Shown: piece after piece, positions 23,653 to 34,930 of the stretch | How the letters are laid out: every line of letters starts with the position of its first letter | Numbering within the stretch: the stretch's first letter is position 1 | Source: an uncultured Rivularia sp. | GTDB taxonomy: Bacteria > Cyanobacteriota > Cyanobacteriia > Cyanobacteriales > Nostocaceae | Direction: 5' to 3' | Assembly: GCA_963665115.1 (NCBI GenBank) | Contig: OY762007.1 | Location: forward strand, 3,232,001 to 3,296,000 | DNA: 64,000 nucleotides | Position numbers and translations under genes: made by a program | Notes under the pieces: generated by a model | Told to the model about the DNA's origin: nothing | Databases searched by the model: none | The model's input: the letters and a program-made list of their open reading frames with translations, nothing else

Positions 23653-23805
23653 ATGTTTATTCCCAAAATGCTTTCAAATGTAGCTCAGTACATTTCTGAA
23701 GCGGTAATGCGGATTTTTGGCCCTAGCGATGATGCTTATCCAAATAGTGGGGTTCAACCATTTACAGGTGAAATTTATAAAAAAAGCACAGTTAGTACAT
23801 GGTAA
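23653..23805 (+). CDS. atpT: 50-aa conserved cyanobacterial small protein, probably AtpTheta (Norf1), an ATP synthase inhibitor; not in the ORF track
   Basis: MFIPKMLSNVAQYISEAVMRIFGPSDDAYPNSGVQPFTGEIYKKSTVSTW; AAGGAG RBS; amphipathic N-helix plus FxPxDDxYPxxGVQPFxG motif; own terminator. Name is from recall. Confidence 0.6.
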   Translation: MFIPKMLSNVAQYISEAVMRIFGPSDDAYPNSGVQPFTGEIYKKSTVSTW

Positions 23806-23838
23806 ACGATTCAGACAAAGATGAATCAACATAAAATT

Positions 23839-23878
23839 AAGCCGGTGGTTAAAGACAACTTTCAACCTCCGGCTTTTC
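23839..23878 (+). terminator. Terminator-like hairpin after the small ORF
   Basis: AAGCCGGTGGTTAAAG...CTTTCAACCTCCGGCTTTT. Confidence 0.55.
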
Positions 23879-23965
23879 CGATCGAGACTTTGCAATGCAA
23901 CGTCTTTAGATTTTCATATTTAATTTTCTTGCAAACTTAATTGACGAAGCAAATATTGCTGTCGA

Positions 23966-24622
23966 TTAAATTCTTTCTGTTCTGATGTTAGTACGTCGTA
24001 ATTGATTGGAGGGACGCATTTCCCACTGAAGTTCGGCTAAAAGTAGTAAACTCATTCCCATAATTAAACCAGTAGCCAGAAACTGTTTACCACCACAGTA
24101 GGATAAAAGTAGAATCCCAAATAGATGAATTGCTGCCGTAATTACAAAAGTGCGCGATTTGACAGCCCACGCTGTGATGACATAACCAGTTGCACTTAAT
24201 CCCAACCATAAGGGACACAAACGCATCAAAACTTGTCCCCAACCGAGAAAAATTCCTAAATCAGTTAAAAGAACACCGCTTAGCATCAAAGCCACCCAAG
24301 CATATATCAACCAGCGCAAACGTTCTACGCTTACCCAAAACCAGGTAAATGCAATCATTGTTGCCGTACCAATTGCAGTCAACGCTGTCCATAAAATTGC
24401 TTGTGTAGCCCAGCTAATGGGTAAATATTGCGCTGTAATGAAGATGCCCGCGCATATTAAGCCCCAAACGATAAATACTTGGTCTATTCGAGTATAAAAT
24501 CCGGAAATAACTTTTACATTACCAATTTTGCCACTTATCCGCCAAATACCTTGTAAATCCTGGTAATCTAAATCTTCCTGCTTATCGCGGAGGAATGGTT
24601 GAGATAACGTCAAAAAAGCCAT
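23966..24622 (-). CDS. Conserved cyanobacterial integral membrane protein
   Basis: About seven hydrophobic segments; FYTRIDQVFIVWG motif. Confidence 0.75.
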   Translation of the reverse strand: MAFLTLSQPFLRDKQEDLDYQDLQGIWRISGKIGNVKVISGFYTRIDQVFIVWGLICAGIFITAQYLPISWATQAILWTALTAIGTATMIAFTWFWVSVERLRWLIYAWVALMLSGVLLTDLGIFLGWGQVLMRLCPLWLGLSATGYVITAWAVKSRTFVITAAIHLFGILLLSYCGGKQFLATGLIMGMSLLLLAELQWEMRPSNQLRRTNIRTERI

Positions 24623-25039
24623 TAGCAGTCATCCGCCGTAAGTAATAAATTTATATATCTATAGAAGTATCTTAATAAATCTTCATGATTTTTTGCAACC
24701 TATTTTTAAAGAAAATACCGGAAATTAGTTTGTTTTGAACTTTTGTAAGAAGGATGTTTATGGTAAACCATTTATATGGACTTTATATTGCAGTGACTGT
24801 AGGCTGCGTAAATCTGAAGCTTAGGGGAATTAAATTAATCGATTTCGGATTGTTCGCATGGATAAATCCAAAGGTTTAAAAATTTTAGATCGATCTTTAA
24901 CAAGACAGTTTCAGAGTTGAGGCTGCCTTGCTCAAAACGAAAATCTAAAATCTAAAATCTAAAATCCAAAATCCAAAATTGATTGAGTCATTGTCAAGCT
25001 GAAGCCAGCTTTGATAATAACGAGGATAATCAAAATAAA

Positions 25040-25453
25040 ATGCTTTGGAAATTTATAGTTGGTACTTTAGTATTACCTTGCTGTTTAGGACTTGAGACAG
25101 CTTCAGCAGCAATTAAAAGAGATGTTCAAATTACAGCACAGTCGGAACAATTAGAATTACTTTCCACTGACGAAGAGATTAATGCAGAAGAAGCGATACC
25201 TGCGATAAACCAAAACGATTATAAAATTAGTCATCACAAAAGACGTTATCGCAAACGTAATCATTACAAGCGCCGTCATTACCAACGACGTAATTACCAC
25301 CCAAATTATCGAAGAGTTAATTATCGCAATAATTATCAAGATTGCCCTGAGTCTCGTCGTAGAAGAAGCAACTACCGTCCTACATATTACCGACAAGAGG
25401 CTTATCCTATCAACGGTATGATTTATCGTCGGCATTATTATCGCCGTCATTAA
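25040..25453 (+). CDS. Exported low-complexity protein with an Arg/Tyr/His/Asn-rich C-terminus
   Basis: Signal-like MLWKFIVGTLVLPCCLGLETASA from ATG 25040 (track start 24983), acidic middle, basic tail; hairpin terminator at about 25478-25510. Confidence 0.65.
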   Translation: MLWKFIVGTLVLPCCLGLETASAAIKRDVQITAQSEQLELLSTDEEINAEEAIPAINQNDYKISHHKRRYRKRNHYKRRHYQRRNYHPNYRRVNYRNNYQDCPESRRRRSNYRPTYYRQEAYPINGMIYRRHYYRRH

Positions 25454-25593
25454 GATATTGCGATTTAAATGAATCATAGCCCGGTTTCTTGGAGGAGCCG
25501 GGATTTTTTGTATATTTAGGGAATGGAGAATGGGGAATAGGGAAAAGCTATCAGTTAATAATTAAATTCCTACTTCTTACTCCCTGTAAAAAT

Positions 25594-26295
25594 CTAATTA
25601 ATCATTAATTTATTTAACACAAAAGCTAAAGCCGCGCTTCCCAAAGGAACGGTTAAATTATCGATACCAAGAATTGAAATCGCTTCCAAACCAGTAGCAA
25701 CTAAAGCTACAACTATGGATATTAGCCAAGTTTGCCAAGTATTACCTTGTACGCTTTGTAAAATTAAGATACTAATAATAAAGCTAACTAATGTCATAGT
25801 TAGAGAACCTTCTAAACTTTTCTGACCTCCTAATACATTGTATTTATGCTTACCAAAACGCTGACCGATGAGTGCTGCTAATCCATCTCCCCATGCCATA
25901 ATTAATATTCCTAGTACGGCATAGAATGGTTCTTCTAAATACCAAAACCAGCCAACTAAAATGCCAATACTAACAGAATAGAAAAAAGTCCCCAAACTTT
26001 TACGCCCGACGCTATTTATACCGGGAAAAATGGGAAATCGATAGGACAACAAAGTAAATGCGCTTGCTAAAATCGAAGCAGTAATACCTATACTTGCAGG
26101 AATATCTAGCCACCAAGCAAGTAGAATTACATTACCAGTACCAATATGAACTATCTTTCGGATAATTTCCGAATCGCTTTTAGCAAAACGTTTGACTCCT
26201 CCGGCACTAAGAAGAATTAGCGACACCCAAATACCAACGGCTATAATTTGCAGCCACAGAGGCGGAATCGAATCTATAACAGTAAATGAACTCAA
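25594..26295 (-). CDS. Phytol/dolichol kinase family (CTP-dependent polyprenol kinase)
   Basis: RKIVHIGTG, MAWGDGLAALIG, KSLEGS, GIDNLTVP. Confidence 0.88.
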   Translation of the reverse strand: MSSFTVIDSIPPLWLQIIAVGIWVSLILLSAGGVKRFAKSDSEIIRKIVHIGTGNVILLAWWLDIPASIGITASILASAFTLLSYRFPIFPGINSVGRKSLGTFFYSVSIGILVGWFWYLEEPFYAVLGILIMAWGDGLAALIGQRFGKHKYNVLGGQKSLEGSLTMTLVSFIISILILQSVQGNTWQTWLISIVVALVATGLEAISILGIDNLTVPLGSAALAFVLNKLMIN

Positions 26296-26368
26296 TTTAA
26301 ATATAATTAGTTAGAAATTTTTTCCCTTATTACCAATTTATCGGATTTTCGTTACCGTATTCCAAACT

Positions 26369-26593
26369 ATGAAACTATTATTTATTTGGTTTATTCGGTT
26401 TTACCGGATGTTCATCTCACCACTATTTCCCCCGACTTGTCGCTTTCAACCCACTTGTTCGATGTACGCCATGCAAGCAATTGAACGTTTCGGTGTGTTG
26501 CGAGGTTCTTGGTTAGGTGTTCGCCGTATTTGCCGCTGTCATCCATTCCATCCTGGTGGTTACGATCCAGTTCCGGAAGAGGATGGGAGGTGA
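26369..26593 (+). CDS. yidD: Membrane protein insertion efficiency factor YidD
   Basis: [36 protein letters not shown]. Confidence 0.95.
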   Translation: MKLLFIWFIRFYRMFISPLFPPTCRFQPTCSMYAMQAIERFGVLRGSWLGVRRICRCHPFHPGGYDPVPEEDGR

Positions 26594-26697
26594 GGGGATG
26601 GGAGAGAAGGGGACAAGGGGACAAGGAGACAAGGGGAGAGGGGGTAGAGGGGGTAGAGGGGGGAGAGGGGGTAGATAATTATTAATTCCTAATTCTG

Positions 26698-26905
26698 AAC
26701 TGCTAACTTCGTCAAAATCGTGAATACTTTAATTTGTAGTGCGTTAGCGGAGCGTGTCCGCAAGGACATACATCTTGCTCGCTGGTAACTGGTAATTAGT
26801 AACTGCTAACTGCTAACTTTGTCAAAATTGTGAATACTTTAATTTGTAGTGCGTTAGCGGAGCGTGTCCCGCAAGGACATACATCTTGCTCGCTGGTAAC
26901 TAACT
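26698..26905. repeat. Tandem duplication of a 110-bp unit containing an interrupted REP palindrome, flanked by G-rich and GGTAACT heptamer tracts
   Basis: GTGAATACTTTAATTTGTAGTGCGTTAGCGGAGCGTGTCC(C)GCAAGGACATACATCTTGCTCGCTGGTAACT occurs twice, 110 bp apart. Confidence 0.85.
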
Positions 26906-27010
26906 GGTAACTGGTAACTGGTAACTGGTAACTCCTAACTCTTAACTCTTAACTTTTAACTTACAAACCAAAAGCATCCGTTGTTAAAATCTAAAATCAA
27001 AAATACATAA

Positions 27011-27721
27011 ATGCGACCTTATCACAATATTGAAATTGTTGAATGTGACGAACCTTTGAGAAAGATTCCGCTGTCAGATTTTGGGGTGGAATCTCCTCAT
27101 CCTTATGAAAAATTAGGCGCACCTTATGGAGAACATTCTCCTTATTTTCTGCGTGAAACTCTTGTGGATTATTTGATAGAGGCTCAAAATTATCTGCAAA
27201 AACTTCGTCCCGATTGGCGTATTCAAATTTTTGATGCTTATCGCCCTGTGGCAGTACAGAAGTTTATGGTTAATTACACTTTTACTCAAGCTGTGGAGGA
27301 AAAAGGATTAACTGAATCAAGTTTGTCAGAAACACAAAGACAAAGTATTTGGGAAGAGGTTTATAAAATTTGGGCTGAACCTAGTTTGGATGAAAAAACC
27401 CCTCCTCCTCATTCTACTGGTGGTGCGGTAGATATAACTTTGGTTGATGAAATGGGACAAACAATAAATATGGGTTCGCCAATTGATGAGCTTTCCGATA
27501 GATCGCTTCCCGATTATTATGCTGATATTCAACATGAAGAAGCGTTGAGCTATCACGCGAATCGTTTGTTGCTAAAAGATGTGATGGAAAAAGCTGGATT
27601 TACACGCAATCCTAGAGAATGGTGGCATTTTTCATTTGGCGATCAAATGTGGGCTTGGTTGAATAATGAAGCGAATGGTGATAAAAAGTGTGTTGCTTGT
27701 TATGGGAGAGTAGGTGGTTAG
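27011..27721 (+). CDS. D-Ala-D-Ala dipeptidase (peptidase M15D, VanX/DdpX family)
   Basis: IFDAYRP, PHSTGGAVDITL, EWWHFS. Confidence 0.9.
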   Translation: MRPYHNIEIVECDEPLRKIPLSDFGVESPHPYEKLGAPYGEHSPYFLRETLVDYLIEAQNYLQKLRPDWRIQIFDAYRPVAVQKFMVNYTFTQAVEEKGLTESSLSETQRQSIWEEVYKIWAEPSLDEKTPPPHSTGGAVDITLVDEMGQTINMGSPIDELSDRSLPDYYADIQHEEALSYHANRLLLKDVMEKAGFTRNPREWWHFSFGDQMWAWLNNEANGDKKCVACYGRVGG

Positions 27722-27732
27722 TTGTTAGTTGA

Positions 27733-27835
27733 TAAGCTGACGTGCAGCTAAATTGTATAAGGTAAAGAATTTGAACGATTGTAGTGCGGGCATCTTGCCC
27801 GCTTCTCATATACAAATTGAATACGCAACAGCTTA
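27733..27835. mobile_element. MITE-like element enclosing a REP palindrome
   Basis: TAAGCTGACGTGCAGCTAAATTGTATA ... TATACAAATTGAATACGCAACAGCTTA around GTAGTGCGGGCATCTTGCCCGC; homologous to 13186-13287. Confidence 0.65.
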
Positions 27836-27850
27836 GTTGTTAAATCAGCT

Positions 27851-27944
27851 GGCGATTAAATATGCCCTCCGGGCACGCAATACCTACGGTACGCTCCGCT
27901 AGGCGCTAACACGGCTACACAAACAAAGTCCGCCTGCGCGGACT
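27851..27944. repeat. Dispersed repeat (GGCG..CGCGGCTACACAAACAAAGTCCGCCTGCGCGGACT family) carrying nested mini-insertions
   Basis: Uninterrupted relative at 29266-29312; extra sequence at 27861-27910. Confidence 0.65.
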
Positions 27945-27973
27945 GGATAATCATTAATATCAACTAACAACTA

Positions 27974-29155
27974 TCAACTTTTTGATAAACGTTTCACTTC
28001 TTCACCCCCAAGCATCTCATCTACTTCTGCAAGTATTTGAGGGATTTTATCGGCATGGGGACTGTTTTTCAAAGCTTGTTTGAAATCTAATTTATCAATT
28101 TGATTAGCTTTATTGCCGGGAAACCAATCTCCCCCGCTGCCTAAAAGGTTGTAACGCATTTTTGCGTATTCTGTCATATCGTAAGCAACGGCTAAATTTC
28201 TCAACCACAAAACTATCGGGATATTTACGCTTCCTGGTGTTTCTTCCTGTTTGGGTAAGCCGATATGCCAAGTTTTCGCCCAATCTTCTCCCAATGTGGC
28301 GATCGCCTCTTGTTGTAATTTTTCTAAAATTGGCGGTAATACTTCGGAAGCTTTATCTAATAAATTAATGGTTTTTAGATGTTCGTCAAAATCGCTTGGT
28401 TTTGCTGCACCTAATGATAAGGTATGTACTTGAGGATAGGAGAGACAAAATAAGTCGTTAAATACCATCGGTGACAAAGGAGCGCAAAGTTTAACTAACT
28501 TTTCTGGTGGATCGTAAAGTCTACCGCCTTTGTCGGAAGGACTAATTATAAATACTCCCATATCGTGACGGGTAGCAGCTTCTATTGCGGCCCAATTACT
28601 TTGATTGATGTAATACCAATGCAGGTTGACATAATCGAATTGATTGGTATTAATTGCTTCAACAATAATATCAGTTGGCCCATGAGTAGAAAAGCCGATA
28701 AATTTAATTTTTCCTTGAGCTTGGAATTTTCTAACAATATCTAAACAACCACCGGGACGAATTGTGTTTTCTAAAGTTTCGGCGTTATTAATACCGTGAA
28801 TTCCTAATAAATCGATATAGTCTAATTGCAGATTTTTTAAAGATTGTTCTAAAGTCTTTTCAAATTGTTTGGCATCTGCCTTTGGACCGATTTTAGTTTG
28901 TACTATTAATTTATCGCGAGAAAATTTGGGTAAGACTTTTCCTAGCTGTACTTCCGAAGTTCCATAACCGCGAGCAGTTTCAATATGGTTTATACCGATT
29001 TCTAGAGATTTTTTAATTGTTGCTTCCAAATTTTCTTGGTTTTTGCGGGGAATCTCCTCTTGCGGGACATCTTGCCATTTATATTGATATCTCATCCCAC
29101 CGCAGGAAAACACGGGCATTTGTAATTCGGTGCGTCCAAATCTTCTGTATAGCAT
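27974..29155 (-). CDS. Aldo/keto reductase family protein
   Basis: MLYRRFGRTELQMPVFSCGGMR, INHIETARGYG, IGFSTHG. Confidence 0.9.
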   Translation of the reverse strand: MLYRRFGRTELQMPVFSCGGMRYQYKWQDVPQEEIPRKNQENLEATIKKSLEIGINHIETARGYGTSEVQLGKVLPKFSRDKLIVQTKIGPKADAKQFEKTLEQSLKNLQLDYIDLLGIHGINNAETLENTIRPGGCLDIVRKFQAQGKIKFIGFSTHGPTDIIVEAINTNQFDYVNLHWYYINQSNWAAIEAATRHDMGVFIISPSDKGGRLYDPPEKLVKLCAPLSPMVFNDLFCLSYPQVHTLSLGAAKPSDFDEHLKTINLLDKASEVLPPILEKLQQEAIATLGEDWAKTWHIGLPKQEETPGSVNIPIVLWLRNLAVAYDMTEYAKMRYNLLGSGGDWFPGNKANQIDKLDFKQALKNSPHADKIPQILAEVDEMLGGEEVKRLSKS

Positions 29156-29796
29156 TGGGGAAATTAGGATTTGAGAATAAATAGTTACTAAAATTAATAT
29201 TAACTAGTATATATGGGAATTTACGTATATAAACCGGATTTATCATTAGAACTTAAGCCATACCTGGCGGTTGAAACCGCTGCTAGACAAGCAAAACCTG
29301 CCTGCGCGGGTTTATTCTTATTACTAAGATCGAGATGAAAACTATGATTTGGTGGCTCTGCCTCCGGTTATTGCAAATGTTTTTCTAAACAGGCGATTAC
29401 TAAATTATTAATAAAATTAACTCTAAATTCCCAACACTGCCTTAGAATAAATTCCCAAGTTTAAAACAAAGTCTAATCGATCGGACTGGGCTAAGATTTT
29501 GGTGCATTTTAATGTACTTTGCATATCAACCTTGAAATTGGTTTTAAGGTGGTTGTGAAGACTTAACAAGAATAGTGAAAAATCTAAAATAAATAGGACT
29601 GGATAAAAATTTTAGTCTACTTTAGTAGGCTTGGGCTATTAGCCTGGGAATTGATTCCAAGGCGGTTGCTGAAATGATGCAAGATGTTGATTTCAACTGA
29701 CTAAAAATATAGAATGGTGCGTTACGGCATTTTTTATCTACTAATAAAAAAGATATATTTGCGAGCCGTAACACACCCTACAGGACTATATAGACT

Positions 29797-30508
29797 CTAC
29801 ATTTCTCTAACAACTGGCTTATTATCTTTAACTTCGCCAATTAACACTTTATCTACACAGTTAACGAAGATACCGTTTTCTAAAACACCAGGAATGTTGT
29901 TAAGTGTTTTTTCTAAGTTATCTGGGTCGGTGATGTTATCAAATGTGACATCAACTACCATATTGCCTTGGTCGGTAATAACAGGACCTGCTTTTTTTAC
30001 ACCCATGCGGATTTCTGGTTTACCACCGAGTTTGGTAATGGCTTGCATTGCAGGAGTAATTGCCATTGGGATGATTTCTACAGGAACCGCAAAAGTTTCA
30101 CCCAAACGGCTAACTAATTTACCGCTGTCTACAACTACGATAAATTGATTGGCGAGATAGTCTACAACTTTTTCGCGGGTATGGGCAGCACCACCACCTT
30201 TGATCAGGTTTTTGGAAGGATCTACTTCATCTGCACCGTCAATGGCTATATCAATATGGTCTATAGCGTCCAAAGTGGTTAAAGGTACGCCATATTGCTT
30301 GGCTAAAACTTCCGACTGAAAAGATGTGGGGATACCAACGATATCTTTTAACTCGCCAGATTTGAGGCGATCGCCAAGAAACTGAATTGTGAAAGCGGTG
30401 GTTGAACCCGTTCCCAATCCGACGATGGAACCGGATTTCACTAAATTTGCAGCGGCTTTACCGACTTCTTGCTTCATCAACTTTACGGGGGTCTGCTGTT
30501 GCGGTCAT
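29797..30508 (-). CDS. rpiA: Ribose-5-phosphate isomerase A; true start probably ATG 30508 with one extra base in the G-run at 30487-30491
   Basis: [27 protein letters not shown]; removing one base gives [16 protein letters not shown]. Confidence 0.95.
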
Positions 30509-30692
30509 TCCCGAAACTCCTTCTTATAAAACGCCAACAATTACTCCATATTAGAGGTCGAGCGGCTTAGTTTGATAACTTCCATCAGCAATTCTGATAT
30601 TTATTTTAAGGAAAATTACTGAAATCAAGAAACTACTGAGTCACGCTTGTTGTCAGTTAGAATTGGTAAAATTTTGATTACAACTATAAATC

Positions 30693-31469
30693 ATGGGTAA
30701 GTTTATCAGCTCGCTTTCATTAATCTTTTTGATACCGGGGTTTTCCCTGGCAGCTTTTGCTCAATCACAAAACACGCCTAAACAGCCATATTTGGTAAAT
30801 ATGGAACAAGAGCAGAAGCAAAATTTGCCACTACCCGATTTTAATAACGTAAAAGTTGAAGAGCAACAGCCGCAAAATTCAGCACAATCATCTAAGGCTA
30901 TCCAAAGAGTGGTAACGGCAAAATTGATGAGTAACTACTCGAATGGTAATTTTCACGCTGAGAAATTGATGAGTCGGGCTGAGTTAGCCGCGATTATGGT
31001 AAAAACTTTCGGACTCGATAAGCGAAACCTTGCTCCCGAAGATATAAAAGTTGCTGATGTTCCATCTTCTCACTGGGCATACAACGATATTCAAACAGTT
31101 TTGAAAACACAGATCATGCAAGGTTATCGAGGAAATTTATTCTTCCCCAATCAAAGAGTTACTAGAGCCGAAGGTTTGGCGATATTTGCTCAAGCTTATG
31201 GTGTATTTCAGTTTTCCGATGACACCGTAGTTGAAATACTTTCCTCATATTCGGATAAAGAATCAATTCCTAATTGGGCAAAGAAAGCAGTTGCCACAGT
31301 TATAACTGAAGGATTTATCGACAGTTGGCAGCCTCAACTTTCTCCTTTAAAACCAATGACTCGCGGAGATATGGCTTATGTACTGAGTCAATATCTGGAA
31401 AGACAGCAGCCACAAGCAGATACACCTGTTGTTCCCGGTGGTTCGGTGAATCCGCAGCCAGCTTTTTAG
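30693..31469 (+). CDS. S-layer homology (SLH) domain protein
   Basis: Signal peptide; SLH repeats MSRAELA, DVPSSHWAY, FPNQRVTRAE, MTRGDMA. Confidence 0.88.
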   Translation: MGKFISSLSLIFLIPGFSLAAFAQSQNTPKQPYLVNMEQEQKQNLPLPDFNNVKVEEQQPQNSAQSSKAIQRVVTAKLMSNYSNGNFHAEKLMSRAELAAIMVKTFGLDKRNLAPEDIKVADVPSSHWAYNDIQTVLKTQIMQGYRGNLFFPNQRVTRAEGLAIFAQAYGVFQFSDDTVVEILSSYSDKESIPNWAKKAVATVITEGFIDSWQPQLSPLKPMTRGDMAYVLSQYLERQQPQADTPVVPGGSVNPQPAF

Positions 31470-31839
31470 TAGGTTTGTAGTAAGGACTTTAATCCTTAAA
31501 TTGAGGGTTAGAGCCACTTACTACGAACCTTTAATAACTATTGAGATTTTAATCCGAAACTTTTTTAACAGGCTCTAAACCTCCTCCGAAACGCCAAATT
31601 AAAGAGTTTATTGCTTAAAAACGCTACCACACCTTCATTTACCGACAATATAATTCATAATTCGTAATTATTGAAACCAAATATCCCTCCATCTCTCCCT
31701 CTCCCCATCTCCCCATCACTCCATCTCCCCCTCTCCTCCTCTCCCTATCTCCTTATCTTCCCTTCATACTCACCCCAATTACCCGTTCCCGTGGGACAAT
31801 CAGTATACAAATAATTGTAGAGAGGAAAACCCAGTAAAT

Positions 31840-33751
31840 ATGCACCTGAGTGAAATTACTCATCCAAATCAGTTGCACGGGTTATCGATTCGGCAACTTG
31901 AGCAGATTGCCCGTCAAATTCGAGACAAGCATTTACAAACGGTAGCTGCTACCGGCGGACACCTTGGCCCTGGGTTAGGTGTTGTTGAATTAACATTGGG
32001 GCTTTATCAAACCCTGGATTTAGATAGAGATAAAGTTATTTGGGATGTAGGACACCAAGCATATCCCCATAAATTGATTACTGGACGTTACAGTCATTTC
32101 CACACCTTACGACAAAAAGATGGAGTCGCAGGCTATCTCAAACGCTGCGAAAATAAATTTGACCATTTTGGTGCGGGACACGCTTCCACCAGTATTTCGG
32201 CGGGGCTTGGAATGGCGATCGCCCGAGATCGAAAGGGAGAAAATTTTAAAGTTGCTGCTATTATCGGCGATGGAGCGTTGACTGGTGGTATGGCTTTAGA
32301 AGCTATCAACCATGCCGGACATTTGCCTAATACTAATTTATTAGTTGTCCTCAACGACAACGAAATGTCAATATCTCCTAATGTCGGCGCAATCCCCCGC
32401 TATTTGAATAAAATGCGGTTGTCTCCACCGATGCAGTTTATCAAAGATAATTTTGAGGAACAAGTTAAGCAGCTTCCTTTTGTTGGCGGGGATTCGATAC
32501 CACCTGAACTCGAACGCATCAAAGAAGGAATGAAGCGATTAGCGGTTCCCAAGGTAGGTGCGGTGTTTGAAGAACTCGGCTTTACCTATATGGGACCAGT
32601 TGATGGTCACAATTTAGAAGATTTGATTGCTACTTTTAAGCAAGCACATAAAATACCTGGCCCCGTTTTAGTTCATGTAGCGACAATCAAAGGCAAGGGT
32701 TACGATCTTGCCGAAAAAGATAAAGTAGGCTATCACGCCCAAAGTCCGTTTAATTTAACAACTGGTAAAGCAGTTCCTTCTAGCAAGCCCAAACCGCCGA
32801 AGTACTCGAAAGTTTTTGCTGATACTTTAGTAAATCTTGCCGAGCAAAATCCGAAAATTATCGGTATTACGGCTGCAATGGCTACGGGAACTTGTTTGGA
32901 TAAGCTACAAGCTAAATTACCCGATCAATATATAGACGTAGGAATTGCCGAACAACACGCAGTTACCCTCGCGGCTGGATTGGCTACTCAAGGAATGCGT
33001 CCTGTTGCCGATATTTATTCTACATTTTTGCAACGCGGTTACGACCAAATAGTTCACGACGTTTGCATCCAGAACTTACCCGTATTCTTCTGTCTAGATA
33101 GAGCGGGAATTGTCGGTGATGACGGCCCCGACTCACCAGGGAATGTACGATATTGCTTATATGCGCTGCATTCCGAATATGGTAATGATGGCACCCAAAG
33201 ATGAAGCCGAACTTCAGCGAATGACAGTAACGGGTGTTAACCATACCAAAGGACCGATTTCCATGCGTTTTCCTCGCGGTAACGGTTATGGTGTCCCCTT
33301 GATGGAAGAAGGTTGGGAACCTTTAGAAATTGGTAAAGGCGAAATTCTTCGTAGTGGCGATGACGTATTAATGATCGGCTACGGTTCGATGGTGAATTCG
33401 ACGCTACAAGCAGCGGAAATTCTCAGCGAACACGGCGTTGAAGCTACCGTAATTAATGCTCGTTTCTGTAAACCTTTGGATACGGAACTAATGTTCCCCT
33501 TAGCCAAACAAATAGGGAAAGTAGTCACCTTAGAAGAAGGTTGTCTAATGGGCGGTTTTGGTTCCGCAGTTGCAGAAGCGCTACTAGATGCCGATATTTT
33601 GGTACCCATTAAGCGTTTTGGAGTACCAGATATTTTGGTAGATCATGCAAAACCCGATCAAAGCAAAGCAGAATTAGGTTTAACCAGTCCCCAAATTGCT
33701 CAGAGAATTTTAAAGATTTTCTTCAGCAATCAGCCATCTGCTGTAGTTTAA
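31840..33751 (+). CDS. dxs: 1-deoxy-D-xylulose-5-phosphate synthase, split by one extra C at 33126-33129
   Basis: [33 protein letters not shown]; removing one C restores [15 protein letters not shown]. Confidence 0.95.
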
Positions 33752-33868
33752 TTACAATTGATTGCTAAGAGATAAATTAGGGAGTAGGGAGTAGAGAGTT
33801 AAGAATTTTTACCTATTCTCCCCCCTCTTCCCCCTCTCTTAGAAATTAACTTCCAAAATCAAGGTAAG

Positions 33869-34930
33869 ATGTTGCAAAAAAATCCCGTATATCCTGTAAT
33901 TTGGCATAATAATTCAGTTTCTTTAATTGACCAAACTCGTTTACCTGCGGAATATTCCTATGTAGAAATTCACCGTAGTGAAGATATGGCAGAGGCTATC
34001 AAAACTATGATTGTGCGTGGTGCCCCTGCAATTGGCGTTGCTGCTGCATACGGTATGTATATGGGAGCGCGGGAAATTGAAACTCATGGCGATCGCCATG
34101 AGTTTTTAAAACGTTTGGAGCAAGTTGCACAAATGTTGCGCGAAACTCGTCCTACAGCGGTTAACTTGTTTTGGGCAATTTCGCGTATGCTCAAAACCGC
34201 TTATGAAACAATAGGCACTATAGATGAAATCAAAAATACTCTTTTAGAAACCGCTCAAGATATAAATAGGGAAGATTTACAAACTTGCCACAAAATTGGT
34301 GACAATGGTTTGAAAGCATTACCAGAAACACCAGAAAAATTGACTTTGTTAACTCACTGTAATGCTGGTGCGCTAGCGACTGCGGGTTATGGCACTGCTT
34401 TGGGTATAGTACGTTCGGCTTGGCGAGAAGGACGTTTAGAAAAACTTTATGCTAATGAAACTCGTCCTAGATTTCAGGGCGCTAAATTAACAACTTGGGA
34501 ATGCGTACAAGAAGGTATTCCGGTAACTTTGATTACCGATAGTATGGCAGCGCACTGCATGAAACAAAATCTAATTCATGCTGTTGTTGTTGGTGCTGAC
34601 AGAATTGCCGCGAATGGTGATGCTGCAAATAAAATTGGTACCTATAGTTTGGCGCTGATTGCAAAAGCTCATAATGTACCTTTCTTTGTCGCTGCACCTC
34701 TTTCAACAGTTGATTTCTCTGTTGCCGATGGCAATCAAATTCCTATTGAAGAACGCAATTCAGCAGAAATTTATCAAATAGAAGAAACCATTCTGACTCC
34801 AGAAGGCGTTGATTATTATAATCCGGCTTTTGATGTAACTCCAGCAGAATTAATCGCAGCAATTATTACGGAAGAAGGTGTATTTGCACCTGCCGATTTA
34901 AAGAAATATCAAAATAAGCAAATAGCTTAG
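33869..34930 (+). CDS. mtnA: S-methyl-5-thioribose-1-phosphate isomerase
   Basis: [41 protein letters not shown]. Confidence 0.95.
   Translation: MLQKNPVYPVIWHNNSVSLIDQTRLPAEYSYVEIHRSEDMAEAIKTMIVRGAPAIGVAAAYGMYMGAREIETHGDRHEFLKRLEQVAQMLRETRPTAVNLFWAISRMLKTAYETIGTIDEIKNTLLETAQDINREDLQTCHKIGDNGLKALPETPEKLTLLTHCNAGALATAGYGTALGIVRSAWREGRLEKLYANETRPRFQGAKLTTWECVQEGIPVTLITDSMAAHCMKQNLIHAVVVGADRIAANGDAANKIGTYSLALIAKAHNVPFFVAAPLSTVDFSVADGNQIPIEERNSAEIYQIEETILTPEGVDYYNPAFDVTPAELIAAIITEEGVFAPADLKKYQNKQIA

Noticed and set aside
23674..23895. 73-aa minus-strand ORF from the track
   Set aside because: Antisense shadow of the better supported plus-strand small gene at 23653-23805
26590..26675. G-quadruplex-forming tract (also 47231-47283 and the C-rich tract at 31685-31760)
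   Set aside because: These are ordinary Nostocales 8-9-nt tandem repeats; nothing indicates a G4 function
29420..29690. Possible IS element
   Set aside because: Only degenerate palindromic repeat fragments; no transposase ORF
29714..30148. 144-aa plus-strand ORF and similar overlapping ORFs (e.g. 19196-19621, 25157-25477, 40648-40977, 62261-62572)
   Set aside because: Antisense shadows of well supported genes
31840..33751. dxs pseudogene or programmed frameshift
   Set aside because: Single extra C in a short run, same pattern as many unrelated genes, no slippery heptamer, and the gene is normally essential
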